From NCBI GenBank assembly GCA_017512675.1, contig JAFWEY010000198.1:1803-65802 (forward strand): a stretch of 64,000 nt of DNA, given 5' to 3'. Made by a program: the position numbers and the translations under genes. Below are positions 36,225 to 46,043 of this stretch, one piece after another; positions within the stretch are counted from its first letter, which is position 1; each line of letters starts with the position of its first letter. The notes beneath the pieces were generated by a model. The model ran no database searches. It was given only the letters and a program-made list of their open reading frames with translations, and was not told where the DNA came from. The DNA comes from Clostridia bacterium. Its GTDB lineage: Bacteria > Bacillota > Clostridia > Christensenellales > Aristaeellaceae.

Positions 36225-37235
36225 ATGAAGAAAATCCTTGCATTGGCACTTTCCCTTCTGCTCCTTCTGGCGCCGATGGCGCTGGCCGAGGACTTCAATC
36301 CGGCGGACTATTCCGTCGCGATCTGCATGACCTCCATGAACCATCCGGTTCACCGCATCGTGCAGCTGGGCTTCCTGACCGCTGCCGAAGAGCTTGGCTA
36401 CACCAACGCGAAAGTCATCGGCACCGAGTCCGGCGACAACGCCGAGTGCTTTGCCGCTGCCGAAGCGTTCGCTGCTGAAGGCGGCAACGGCCTGCTGCTG
36501 TGGGCCGGTGACGCTTCCGCTTATGAGACCATCGCCAACATCGCCGCTGACGGCGTTGTGATCGGCATTCCGCACTTTAACCATCGCGATGCCGACGGCA
36601 ATCTGCCCGAAGGCCTGGTCTTCAACATGGCGTGCGACCCGGTGCTGTACGGCAAACAGGCTGCTGAGCTGATGGCCAAGACCCTGGACGGCAAGACCGG
36701 CTCTGTCGCGATCACCCAGAACACCAAGAACATCACCGAGAACTCCGCCAATGATTCCTTCCGCGCCGAGTGGGAGAACCAGAAGGCGAACTACAACCTG
36801 GAAGGCATCACCCTGCTGGACACCGAGCTGGAGGGCGGCGAGCTGGATTCCGCGACGTCCATCAACCTGGGCATCATCAATGCGCATCCCGACATCATCG
36901 GTGCTTTCGGCCTGACCGGCAACAGCCCGATCTCCTGGTCCGGCGCCGCCACCAAGGCCGGCAAGGCTGACGGCGAAATCGCCATCATCGGCATGGACGC
37001 CACCGAAGGCAACCTGGACGCGCTGGAGTCCGGCAAGGTGCTGGCTCTGGTCGCCCAGCCGCTGTACGAGGAAGCCTACAAGACGATGGAATATCTGGAC
37101 AAGATCTTCCGCGGCGAAGAGGTTCCCACCTGGACCGACCTGGTCGCCCCGATCGTGACCGCGGACGGCGAAGGCCCGAACGGCCCGGCGTTCCATCGTG
37201 AGATCGCGGCCAAGGTGGCTGAGTTCTTCGCGTAA
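36225..37235 (+). CDS. sugar ABC transporter substrate-binding protein (ribose/monosaccharide type)
   Basis: 336 aa with signal peptide MKKILALALSLLLLLAPMALA and a type-I periplasmic binding fold-like sequence. AAGGAGG RBS. Confidence 0.85.
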   Translation: MKKILALALSLLLLLAPMALAEDFNPADYSVAICMTSMNHPVHRIVQLGFLTAAEELGYTNAKVIGTESGDNAECFAAAEAFAAEGGNGLLLWAGDASAYETIANIAADGVVIGIPHFNHRDADGNLPEGLVFNMACDPVLYGKQAAELMAKTLDGKTGSVAITQNTKNITENSANDSFRAEWENQKANYNLEGITLLDTELEGGELDSATSINLGIINAHPDIIGAFGLTGNSPISWSGAATKAGKADGEIAIIGMDATEGNLDALESGKVLALVAQPLYEEAYKTMEYLDKIFRGEEVPTWTDLVAPIVTADGEGPNGPAFHREIAAKVAEFFA

Positions 37236-37335
37236 TTCAAATCATGGCCCAGAAGCGAGCTCCTGAATCCGAAAGCGGCGCCTGAGGCGCCTCGGGGTTC
37301 CGGGAACGAACTTCCGATATGGGGTTAAACTGACG

Positions 37336-37367
37336 GGAGTCGCCTTTGCCCGTGCAAGGGCGGCTCC
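37336..37367 (+). terminator. strong intercistronic hairpin between the SBP and ATPase genes (attenuator or mRNA stabiliser)
   Basis: 14-bp stem GGAGTCGCCTTTGC / GCAAGGGCGGCTCC (two G-U pairs), 4-nt loop, followed by TCTTGAAATTT. Confidence 0.45.
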
Positions 37368-37456
37368 TCTTGAAATTTCGATTCGCGAGGCATGGATTTG
37401 AGCAGCCGGGACGCCCCATGGGCTGCCCGCGCAGAGGAAAGACGGGTGATTCTTCA

Positions 37457-38995
37457 GTGGACTATATCTTGGAAGCAATCGACATCACCAAGAAATTTCC
37501 GGGCGTTCTGGCAAACGATCATATCTGCCTGAATGTCAAACCTGGCGAGATTTTGGGGCTGATCGGAGAGAACGGCGCGGGAAAATCTACCCTGCTGAAG
37601 GTTCTGAACGGCATCTACCCCCATGGAACGTACAGCGGAACCCTGAAGCTGGAGGGCAGGGAAGTACAGCCGGCCAGCCCGAATGACGCCGCCGCCCTGG
37701 GCATCGGCTACGTTCCTCAGGAAATCAACGTTCTGAAGTACTACTCCGTTGCGGAGAACATCTACATGTCCGACCTGCACCTGGTGAAGGCGACAGGCAA
37801 GGAGAGCAAGAGCCCGTTCGTCAACTTCAAGGCGATGTATGAGGCGACAAAATAGCTCCTCGCGGACAATCACATTGATTTGAATCCACGTGCGGACGTG
37901 CGCAAGCTGTCCATCGGCCAGCAGCAGATGCTGATGATCGCGCGCGCGCTGGCCACCAATCCCAAGGTGCTGATTCTGGATGAGCCGACGACGTCCCTGT
38001 CTGACGACGATGTTGAGAAGCTGTTTACCGTCGTGCGTCAGCTGAAGGAAAAGGGAACCGGCATCATCTTTGTTACCCATAAGCTGGCGGAGATCATCGA
38101 GCTCACCGACAGGGTGACGATCCTGCGGGACGGCAGGAACATCTCGACCTTCGAAAAAAAAGACTATGATACGGCAAAGATCATTCACGACATGATCGGC
38201 CGCGATCTTCAAAACATGTACCCCGCGCGCAATGTTCCCATTGGAGAGGAAGTGCTGCGTGTTGAACACCTTACCGTGGCCCACTCGTACATCCTCAACA
38301 AAAACCTCATCGAGGATGTTTCCTTTACCGTGCATGCGGGCGAGGTTCTGGGCATGGCCGGGCTGGTCGGCGCCGGCCGCAGCGAGGTCTGTATGGCCAT
38401 TTACGGCATGCTGCCGATCAAGTCCGGCAAGATCTTCATCAACGGAAAGGAGTTCAAGCCGGGGACAACGGAAAAGGCCGTGGAAGCAGGTATTTCCATG
38501 GTGTCCGAGGATCGCAAGGTCTACGGATTGAACTTCGTGTGGGATATCAAGGCCAACATCGCCATTTCAAATCTGAAAAAGATATCCAAGGGATTCATGG
38601 TTCAGAACAAGAGAATGCGCGATCGCGTAAAGCCCTTTTTCGACAGCCTGCGCATCAAGGCGCCGTCCATGGGCACAAAGGTTGCGACGCTCTCGGGCGG
38701 CAACCAGCAGAAGGTCGTCATCGCGCGCAGCCTGAACACGGAATCCCACATCATCATTATGGATGAGCCCACAAAGGGCATCGATGTCGGTTCGAAAAAC
38801 GACATATACAACATCATCAATCAGATGGCGGCGGACGGCGTGGCGGTCATTATGATCTCGTCCGAGTTGCCGGAGCTGATGGGCATGTCGGATCGCTTTA
38901 TCGTGATGTCGGAAGGCAGGGTCGCCGGCGAGCTCAGCCGCGAGGAGGCCACGGAAGACACGATCATGACGCTGGCGGTCGCCGGCTCGAAGTGA
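37457..38995 (+). pseudogene. sugar ABC transporter ATP-binding protein (two-NBD RbsA/MglA type) interrupted by an in-frame TAG at 37853-37855
   Basis: Track ORFs 37346..37855 and 37880..38995 are in the same frame, separated only by TAG. Walker A GENGAGKST is in the first piece; the NBD1 signature LSIGQQQ and Walker B LILDEPT are in the second. The junction ...AMYEATK-TAG-LLADNHIDLNPRADVRKLSIGQQQ aligns colinearly with RbsA as I remember it. NBD2 is intact (LSGGNQQK, IIMDEPT). Confidence 0.8.
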
Positions 38996-39012
38996 CCGGG
39001 AGGAGGATAAGA

Positions 39013-40008
39013 ATGGAGAAAAACGTCGTAAACAACAAGAAAGTATCCTCCGGCAAGGGCTTCCTGGATTTCCTGCTGATGCCGGAAATCGGCGTACTGG
39101 TTCCGATTCTGGTTCTGTGCGTCATCACCACCACCCTCAAACCCAATTTCCTCACCTGGAAGTACTTTTCTTCAATCCTGATGGGCTGCATCTTCATCGG
39201 CGTGGAATCCATCGGCCAGGCGTTTGTGCAGATTTCGGGAGAAGTCGATCTGTCGGTGGGATATGCGGGCTGCCTGTCCGGCATCATGATGGGTGTCGCC
39301 TGCGGGTTCTGGCACTGGGGACTGGTACCCTGTCTGCTGCTTTCTCTGGTGACGGGAGCGCTGGTCGGTCTGATCAACGGCCTCTGCGTGTGCAAGCTTG
39401 GCCTGTCCTCGTGGATTACCACGCTGGCCACCCAGTTCATCTGCAAAGGCCTGGCGGTCACGATCTCCCAGGGCGAACCGATGTCCATCACCGAGTTGGG
39501 GACTTCCACCTTTAACCGCGCCCGGCCGCTGGGCGTTTCCTGGGCGTTTCTGATTTTCCTGTTTCTCCTGATCGTGAGCGACCTGGTGCTGCGCAATACG
39601 AAATACGGCTATAAGCTGCGGGCGGTCGGCGGCAATCAGAACGCCGCGGTCATGGCGGGCATCAATGCGGACAAGATCAAGATTATCGCTTTTGTGCTCT
39701 GTGGACTGTTTGCGGCGTGTGGCGGCATCTTCGATGTCATCAACAAGGCTTCGGCAAACTCCACCTTTGGCGACGGCCGTGAATTCCGAACCATTATCTG
39801 CGTCGCGATCGGCGGCATTGCAGGCGGCAGCGGCTCGATGCTTGGTGTGGGATTCGGTGTCCTGCTGTTCCATGTGCTTTGGTATGCGCTGCGTATTCTC
39901 AGCGTGGACACGAATCTCCAGTTGGTGCTGATAGGAGCGGTTCTGGTTCTGTCTGTCGTTCTGGACATTCAGCGTAAGCGCCTGGAAGCCCGGCGCATCG
40001 CTCGATAA
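39013..40008 (+). CDS. sugar ABC transporter permease (RbsC/AraH family)
   Basis: ATG 39013 after GGGAGGAGG. About 8-10 TM segments. The longest ORF starts at GTG 38992, overlapping the ATPase stop. Confidence 0.85.
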   Translation: MEKNVVNNKKVSSGKGFLDFLLMPEIGVLVPILVLCVITTTLKPNFLTWKYFSSILMGCIFIGVESIGQAFVQISGEVDLSVGYAGCLSGIMMGVACGFWHWGLVPCLLLSLVTGALVGLINGLCVCKLGLSSWITTLATQFICKGLAVTISQGEPMSITELGTSTFNRARPLGVSWAFLIFLFLLIVSDLVLRNTKYGYKLRAVGGNQNAAVMAGINADKIKIIAFVLCGLFAACGGIFDVINKASANSTFGDGREFRTIICVAIGGIAGGSGSMLGVGFGVLLFHVLWYALRILSVDTNLQLVLIGAVLVLSVVLDIQRKRLEARRIAR

Positions 40009-40021
40009 GGAGGGCAGGGAT

Positions 40022-40990
40022 ATGGCAAAGAAGAATCAGGATAGTACGCTGCATCGGCTGCTCAGAACGGATGAGATGAGCGTATTCATTCCTCTGTTGA
40101 TTATCATGGCGATTACGACCATCTTCCGTCCCGATTTTCTGACGGTCAAGAATTTCTCGGCAATTTTCACCCAGATCCCGTTTATCGCGATCGTCGCGCT
40201 GGGCGTCTCCTTTCCGCTGATGACCGGCAACATCGATATTTCCACAGGCCGGGTGGCCGGGTTTGCCGGAATCATCATGGCCTCTTTGTGCTACGAGCAC
40301 GGTTGGAGCATCTTCCCTGCGATGATGATCGGCCTGATCTGCGGCGTGGCGGTAGGAACCGTCAACGGCATTCTGGTGGTGCATGTGGGGGTCCCGGCGT
40401 TTGTGGGAACGATGGGTACGCTGTACATGGTCGGTGGCGCGCGTTACCTGTTCATCCATGGATATCAGCTGAACTTCTCAAACAGCTGGGTGGATTTCTT
40501 TGACAAGCGCATTGGCGGAATGCTTCCCTACTTCTGGATCATGATCCTGCTGTACGTAATCGTATTCATACTGATTAAATTCACACTGTGGGGCCGCAGG
40601 ATCCGCGCTGTCGGCGACAACGCGGAGGTTGCAGCCCTGGCGGGCATCAATGTCAAGCGCATGAAGATGATTGCCTATATCCTTTCCGGATTCTTTTCCG
40701 CGATTTCCGGCATTCTGTTTACGCTTGACCTGGGCTACGGCCTTCCTGAGACGGGTGACGGCTGGGAATTCCGCGCGATAGCCGGCTGCGTGGTCGGCGG
40801 CGTATCGCTGCTGGGCGGCAAGGGCTCGCCGCTGGGCATTCTGATCGGCGTCACGTTGATTCAGGTGGCTGAGAGTGCCATTATTTTCCTCGGCGCGCCT
40901 GCCACCATGCAGATCGCCATTCGCGGTGCGCTGATGGCCGGAGCGGTGCTGTTCGATATCTTCCGGCAGAAGCGCAAGGTGCCGGCGTAA
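40022..40990 (+). CDS. sugar ABC transporter permease (second RbsC-like subunit)
   Basis: 322 aa, multi-TM, paralogous to the preceding permease. AAGGAGGG RBS. Confidence 0.85.
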   Translation: MAKKNQDSTLHRLLRTDEMSVFIPLLIIMAITTIFRPDFLTVKNFSAIFTQIPFIAIVALGVSFPLMTGNIDISTGRVAGFAGIIMASLCYEHGWSIFPAMMIGLICGVAVGTVNGILVVHVGVPAFVGTMGTLYMVGGARYLFIHGYQLNFSNSWVDFFDKRIGGMLPYFWIMILLYVIVFILIKFTLWGRRIRAVGDNAEVAALAGINVKRMKMIAYILSGFFSAISGILFTLDLGYGLPETGDGWEFRAIAGCVVGGVSLLGGKGSPLGILIGVTLIQVAESAIIFLGAPATMQIAIRGALMAGAVLFDIFRQKRKVPA

Positions 40991-41051
40991 ATCCCTGACG
41001 AAGCAGAAACGTGCATACACAGTGAATTACCATCGCAAGGAGGCAAATGCC

Positions 41052-41843
41052 ATGAAGCTCAATCTGGACAATAAAGTGGTAATTGTGACCGGGGGCGGCG
41101 GGGCGATCGGCAGCGCGATGTGCCGGCGGTTCGCGGAGAACGGAGCGAAGGTGGCGGTGGTCGGCCGCACGCTCTCGAAGCTGGAGAAGGTTGTGGAGGA
41201 GATCCGCGCGGCGGGCGGAGAGGCAACGGCGATAACAGCCGACGTATCCAATCGCGAAAGCGCGCGGGAGATGGTCGCGAAGACGGTTGAAGCGTACGGA
41301 AGGCTGGACTGCCTGGTGAACAACGCCGGCATTAACGGCGGCCCGGATCAGCGCAAGCGGATCCATGAATACGACGACGAGCTGTGGGAGAAGATCATCA
41401 GCATCGACCTGAACGGCGTGTATTACTGCTCAAAGCCGGCGATCCTGCAGATGCTCAAGCAGGGCGAGGGCGGTTCGATCATCAACATCGGCTCCATCGT
41501 GGGGCTGACCCCGCTCAGGCTGCAGTGCGCGTTTACGGCTGCCAAGGCGGGCGTCTTCAACCTGACGAAGGCAATGGCGCTGGAATTGGCACCGGACAGG
41601 ATCCGGGTCAACGGAATTGCGCCGGGTTCGATCATGTTCGAAGGAATGCGGGCGCTGTTCTACGCAGATCCCGTCAAATCGGAGGGCATCCTCTCCCATA
41701 TCCCGCAGCACCGCGCCGGCGATCCGGACGATATCGCCTGCATGACGTGCTTCCTGGCGGATGAAACGGTATCCGGATACATGACCGGCTCCGTGGTCAC
41801 CATCGACGGCGGCTGGACCTGCGGCTATACCCGCGATTTCTGA
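41052..41843 (+). CDS. SDR family oxidoreductase
   Basis: ATG 41052 after AAGGAGG. TGGGGAIG cofactor motif, NNAG, and catalytic YxxxK (YYCSK). Confidence 0.85.
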   Translation: MKLNLDNKVVIVTGGGGAIGSAMCRRFAENGAKVAVVGRTLSKLEKVVEEIRAAGGEATAITADVSNRESAREMVAKTVEAYGRLDCLVNNAGINGGPDQRKRIHEYDDELWEKIISIDLNGVYYCSKPAILQMLKQGEGGSIINIGSIVGLTPLRLQCAFTAAKAGVFNLTKAMALELAPDRIRVNGIAPGSIMFEGMRALFYADPVKSEGILSHIPQHRAGDPDDIACMTCFLADETVSGYMTGSVVTIDGGWTCGYTRDF

Positions 41844-41903
41844 CGCGGGCGGACAGCCCGGAGGCTTGAAAGACGATCGGGACGGATAGTGGGGTGTTAT
41901 CTG

Positions 41904-42950
41904 ATGAAGGTATTGCTGGCCTACAAGCCGGGCGAACTGCGCGTCGTAGAGATGGAGACGCCCAGGCCGGGGCCCAAAGAGCTGCTGTGCAAGGTCGCGC
42001 ACTGCGGCGTATGCGCCACCGATGTGGCGATCATGAAGGGCGTACTGAACCTGGGAGACGGAAACGATCCCGTGTATCCGGTGCGTCTCGGACACGAGTG
42101 GTCCGGTATTGTGACGGAAGCCGGCGAAGGCTGCTGGCGCCTCGGAGTGGGAGACAGGGTGATTTCCGACACGGGATACTTCTGCGGCGAGTGCGAAATG
42201 TGCCGCAAGGGACAGTACCAGGCGTGCCTGAACGGCCGGGCGATCGGCACCATTCGGGATTGCTGGCCGGGCGCGTTTGCCGAATACATGCTGATTCCGG
42301 AGCGCATGGCCTATCGCGTACCGGACGGCGTGCCGCTGGACGAGGCGGCGCTGATTGAACCCACCAGCATCGGCTTTTACGGGCTCAAGCGCGCGGGCTT
42401 TACGCCGGAAACCACGCTGCTGGTCGTGGGAACCGGGCCGATTTCACTGGGCGGCATGGCCTGCGCCAAGGCGCTGGGCATCGGAAAAACCATCGTCGCG
42501 GGCCGCAAGGAAGCGAAGCTGAGAATCGCCAGGGAGCTTGGCGCGGATCTCACCGTGAATATGACGAAGGAGAACCTGTACGACGTGGTTATGCGGGAGA
42601 CCGGCGGCCGCGGCGCGGAGATCGTCATGGATTCGACCGGCGCGCCGGAACTGCTCAACGATTCGATGCTGATGGTGCGCGGCAGCGGCACGCTGGTGAT
42701 TCCGGCGTTTTACGAGAAGATTCTGGACGGCGTGAAGCTGGATCGGCTGATTGTCAAGAACTGCACGCTGGTCGGCGCGGCGGGAACGCCGAATATCGGT
42801 CCGGTGGTGCTTTCACTGATTGAGAGCGGCAGGCTGAACCTGATGCCGATGCTGACGGATCGCTTCCCGTTCGATCGCGTCATTGAAGCGTTCGGCGCGG
42901 TGACCGCGCGCAACGAAAGCCGCATCAAGGTTATGGTGGATTTCCCGTAA
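41904..42950 (+). CDS. zinc-dependent alcohol/polyol dehydrogenase (MDR family)
   Basis: MKVLLAYKPGELRVVE..., CGVCATD...GHEWSG, structural zinc CGECEMC, Rossmann GTGPISLG. Confidence 0.85.
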   Translation: MKVLLAYKPGELRVVEMETPRPGPKELLCKVAHCGVCATDVAIMKGVLNLGDGNDPVYPVRLGHEWSGIVTEAGEGCWRLGVGDRVISDTGYFCGECEMCRKGQYQACLNGRAIGTIRDCWPGAFAEYMLIPERMAYRVPDGVPLDEAALIEPTSIGFYGLKRAGFTPETTLLVVGTGPISLGGMACAKALGIGKTIVAGRKEAKLRIARELGADLTVNMTKENLYDVVMRETGGRGAEIVMDSTGAPELLNDSMLMVRGSGTLVIPAFYEKILDGVKLDRLIVKNCTLVGAAGTPNIGPVVLSLIESGRLNLMPMLTDRFPFDRVIEAFGAVTARNESRIKVMVDFP

Positions 42951-43023
42951 CCGCTGCCGGGCTGCCGGCGAAGCGGAAAGGAATCCGGCGATCTTTGAGA
43001 TTCAAAGGATGGTGGAATGAGCA

Positions 43024-43485
43024 ATGGAAAAGAAACCGTGGAAACTGGTTAACGCCGAAAACGTGGTCGGCTATGTGGACGGGGATTACGAATCCAAAAT
43101 GCTGACCGGCGACGAAATGGCAGGCATGCCGGTCATCAACATCAACGAAGGGACCCTCGCTCCCGGCGGCACCACCGGGGGCCCTGATCTGAAGGGCGCG
43201 GCGCACGACGATACGGAAATCTATTACATCATCGACTGCGATCCGGAAACGTACGTATGGCTGGATGACGACTGCCTGGAAACCAAACCGGGCGACGTGA
43301 TCATCATCCCGCCGCAAACCTGGCACTGGATCGACAACCGCAAGGGAAAGAAGCCCTATCGCATCTTCACCTATTGGCCGCGGCAGGAACAGAACGGTAT
43401 GTTCTTCGTGCGGGAAAAGGCATGGGGCACGAGCGTTCGCAACCTGGATGACGATTATCAGGAGAAACGGATGGGCAGGAAATGA
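43024..43485 (+). CDS. cupin domain protein
   Basis: 153 aa. ...HDDTEIYYII...GDVIIIPPQTWHWIDN... is a typical cupin two-motif pattern. Confidence 0.7.
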   Translation: MEKKPWKLVNAENVVGYVDGDYESKMLTGDEMAGMPVININEGTLAPGGTTGGPDLKGAAHDDTEIYYIIDCDPETYVWLDDDCLETKPGDVIIIPPQTWHWIDNRKGKKPYRIFTYWPRQEQNGMFFVREKAWGTSVRNLDDDYQEKRMGRK

Positions 43486-44423
43486 GCACAATCGCGATTT
43501 TCGGCGATCTGCTGTATGATTGTTTTATCTGGTCGGACCGGCTTCCGCGGGTTGGCGAGACGGTCACCGGATATGCCAGCGGCTTTTTTGCCAGCGGCAA
43601 GGGCGGCAATCAGGCGGCGGTTTGTGCGAAGCTGGGGGCCGAAGCCTGCATGCTGGGCAAGGTCGGCGCGGACGAACGGGGAGAGTTCCTGCTGAAAACC
43701 ATGCGGGAAGCCGGCGTGAACGTGGAAGGCGTGCTCGTCGATCCGGTGCATCCGACCGGGACCGACTGCGTGCTGGTCGCGAAGGGCGGACAGAATGCGA
43801 TCGTGGTCGCACCCAACGCAAACCAGCAGATCACCGCGGAGGAAGTCGACGCGATGCGTCCGTTCTTTGAACGGGCGTCTTCGGCGCTGTTCCAGCTGCA
43901 GCTCAATCTCGACGCCATCGAGCGCGCGATGCGGCTGGCCCGGGATTGCGGCTGCAGGGTCATTCTCAATCCGGCCCCGGCATGCGAAGTGCCCGACAGG
44001 CTCTGGGCGCTGGCAGACTTCGTCACGCCCAACGAGACCGAAGCCGAGTTCTTCACCGGGATCTACCGGGAAGGAAATTCGCTGGACGAGTGGTGCGGGA
44101 AGGCCGCGAGTGCGCTGCACGGGCGCGGGGTGAAAAACCTGATCATTACGCTCGGCGAATACGGCGCGTATTTCAGCGGCGGGAATGAGGCGTTCGCGAT
44201 GAATGCGTTCCCTGTCGAAGCCGTTGATACCACGGCCGCTGGCGACGCGTTCAGCGGCGCGCTGGCGGTGCGCCTGGCTGACGGCGACGACATTCGTTCT
44301 GCCATGAGATATGCCAGCGCCTGCGGAGCGCTGACAACGACCAGACGGGGATCTCTCCCGTCCCTTCCGGACGCGGAGGAAACTGCACGGTTCTTAAAAC
44401 GATATCAGGAGGGAATACAATGA
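43482..44423 (+). CDS. ribokinase-family (PfkB) sugar kinase, ribokinase/deoxyribokinase-like
   Basis: 313 aa with GKGGNQAAV, NETEAEFF and DTTAAGDAF motifs. The start overlaps the cupin stop by 4 nt. Confidence 0.82.
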   Translation: MSTIAIFGDLLYDCFIWSDRLPRVGETVTGYASGFFASGKGGNQAAVCAKLGAEACMLGKVGADERGEFLLKTMREAGVNVEGVLVDPVHPTGTDCVLVAKGGQNAIVVAPNANQQITAEEVDAMRPFFERASSALFQLQLNLDAIERAMRLARDCGCRVILNPAPACEVPDRLWALADFVTPNETEAEFFTGIYREGNSLDEWCGKAASALHGRGVKNLIITLGEYGAYFSGGNEAFAMNAFPVEAVDTTAAGDAFSGALAVRLADGDDIRSAMRYASACGALTTTRRGSLPSLPDAEETARFLKRYQEGIQ

Positions 44424-45094
44424 AGATCAGCAGATATTTTGATGCGGCGGTGCTGAAGCCCGAGCTGACTCCGCAGGAAGCGGAAGCCGCGATCCGGGAG
44501 TGCATTGCATATGACAGCTACAGCGTTTGCGTACGGGGCTGCGATATCCCGCTGGCGCTGAAGCTGTGCGAAGGAACGAATACGAAGGTCAGCTGCGTGC
44601 TTGATTTCCCCTATGGATACGGCGGCGTTGCGGCAAAGCGGGAAGCGGCCAAAGCGTATGCGCAGATGGGCGTGGTGGACATTGACATGGTGATGAACTA
44701 CGGCGCGGCGCGCGGCGGTGCCTGGGACGTGGTCGAGGAGGAAGTGCGCGCGGTTGCGGAAGAAGCGCACAAATTCGGCGTCAACGTCAAGGTAATCTTC
44801 GAAACCAGCCAGCTTACCGACGAGCAGATCCGCAAAGGCACGGAGGTGTGCGTTGCGGCCGGCGCGGATTTTGTCAAAACATCCACCGGCTTCAACGGAG
44901 GCGGCGCTACGGTCGAAGCGGTGAAGGCGATGCTGGAGGCAGGAAAAGGACGCATCAAGGTGAAGCCGTCCGGCGGCATCCGCAGCTACGAAACCGCGAA
45001 AATGTATGTGGATATGGGCGTGGACCGTCTGGGCATCGGCTTTACCAGCTGCTCGAAGATCTGTGCCGGCGAAGAAGAAGCGCTCAAGGGATAA
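44420..45094 (+). CDS. deoxyribose-phosphate aldolase family protein (second DeoC paralogue)
   Basis: 224 aa with ...VCVRG..., DIDMVMNYG and FVKTSTGFNGGGATV. ATGA overlap with the kinase stop. Confidence 0.82.
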   Translation: MKISRYFDAAVLKPELTPQEAEAAIRECIAYDSYSVCVRGCDIPLALKLCEGTNTKVSCVLDFPYGYGGVAAKREAAKAYAQMGVVDIDMVMNYGAARGGAWDVVEEEVRAVAEEAHKFGVNVKVIFETSQLTDEQIRKGTEVCVAAGADFVKTSTGFNGGGATVEAVKAMLEAGKGRIKVKPSGGIRSYETAKMYVDMGVDRLGIGFTSCSKICAGEEEALKG

Positions 45095-45124
45095 CGGAAA
45101 GCGCATGGCAGGAGGCGGAGCGAT

Positions 45125-45907
45125 ATGGATTTTGTCAAACGTTTTACGGAAGCGGCGCCCGGGCAGAAGCAGATTGCGCTGTTTTGGCTTGGGCAGGCAG
45201 GTTTTTTGATCAAAACTCCGTCCGGGCGCTCGATTGCCATTGATCCTTACTTCTCGGACTGCGTGATGCACATGTTCCCGGAAGAGGGACTGGGCTTCAA
45301 GCGTCTCAGCCCGCCGCCGTGTGCGGCGGACGACATTCGGTTCGATGCGCTGCTGATTTCCCACGAGCACGGAGATCATTTTGACCAGGAAAGCATCGGC
45401 CCGATGATGGCGAACGGCATTACGAAGCTGTACACAAACTGTACCACCGGCGATCTGCTGCGCGCGAAGTCGTTTGACATGGCCCGGGTGGAAATCCTGA
45501 AAAAGGGAGAGACTGTCGCGCTGCCGGACTGCACGCTTTTGCCGGTGGACTGCGACCACGGCGAACTGGCGCCGGAAGCGTTGGGGTTTATCCTCGATTT
45601 TGGCTTTTTGAAGCTGTACTACGCGGGGGATACCGCGCTTACGCCCCAGCGCCTTGCGGTGCCGCTTGCCATGAAACCGGATGTGGCGATCCTTCCGATC
45701 AACGGCGCGTTCGGGAACCTGGACGGCGAACAGGCGGCGCGGTATGCGGGAATGCTGGGTGCAAAGGTCTGTGTGCCGTGCCATTTCTGGACCTTCCCGC
45801 TTCACAGGGGAGATCCGCAGCAGATTATCGAAGCCATCGGCGGGTACGCGCCGGAGTGCGAACTGAAGCTTCTGTGCCAGGGCGAAGGAGTTCTGCTGGG
45901 AGAATGA
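45125..45907 (+). CDS. MBL-fold metallo-hydrolase (UlaG-like)
   Basis: 260 aa with HxHxDH motif LISHEHGDHFD and WLGQAGFLIK at the N-terminus. Confidence 0.78.
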   Translation: MDFVKRFTEAAPGQKQIALFWLGQAGFLIKTPSGRSIAIDPYFSDCVMHMFPEEGLGFKRLSPPPCAADDIRFDALLISHEHGDHFDQESIGPMMANGITKLYTNCTTGDLLRAKSFDMARVEILKKGETVALPDCTLLPVDCDHGELAPEALGFILDFGFLKLYYAGDTALTPQRLAVPLAMKPDVAILPINGAFGNLDGEQAARYAGMLGAKVCVPCHFWTFPLHRGDPQQIIEAIGGYAPECELKLLCQGEGVLLGE

Positions 45908-45921
45908 GAATCGGAGGCTGA

Positions 45922-45951
45922 GGAGACGCTCCCCGGCAGGCGGGCGTCTCC
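45922..45951 (+). terminator. GC-rich hairpin after the MBL gene (possible operon boundary)
   Basis: GGAGACGC / GCGTCTCC stem with a 14-nt loop and no U-tract. Confidence 0.3.
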
Positions 45952-46043
45952 CCCGCCGTCCGTAGGATCATGGCTTACGGCGGGACGAAGGAAATAACGG
46001 GGGATTCCCTGATGCGGGGATCCGATTTGGGGGCGGAGCGATT

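Noticed and set aside
34219-36249. 676-aa minus-strand ORF spanning eda, the 2-hydroxyacid dehydrogenase and the next promoter region.
   Set aside because: It crosses two well-supported plus-strand genes and an intergenic promoter and has no motifs. It is a high-GC antisense artefact.
35032-37855. Possibility that the two in-frame TAG codons reflect genome-wide TAG reassignment or pyrrolysine.
   Set aside because: TAG terminates several genes at conserved C-termini: mnmE ...FCVGK-TAG at 1445-1447, dnaA at 4067-4069, E2 at 49484-49486, the PHP phosphatase at 25570-25572 and the GntR gene at 53673-53675. The interrupted genes are not methylamine methyltransferases, and no pyl genes are visible. 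Nonsense mutation or sequence error is more likely.
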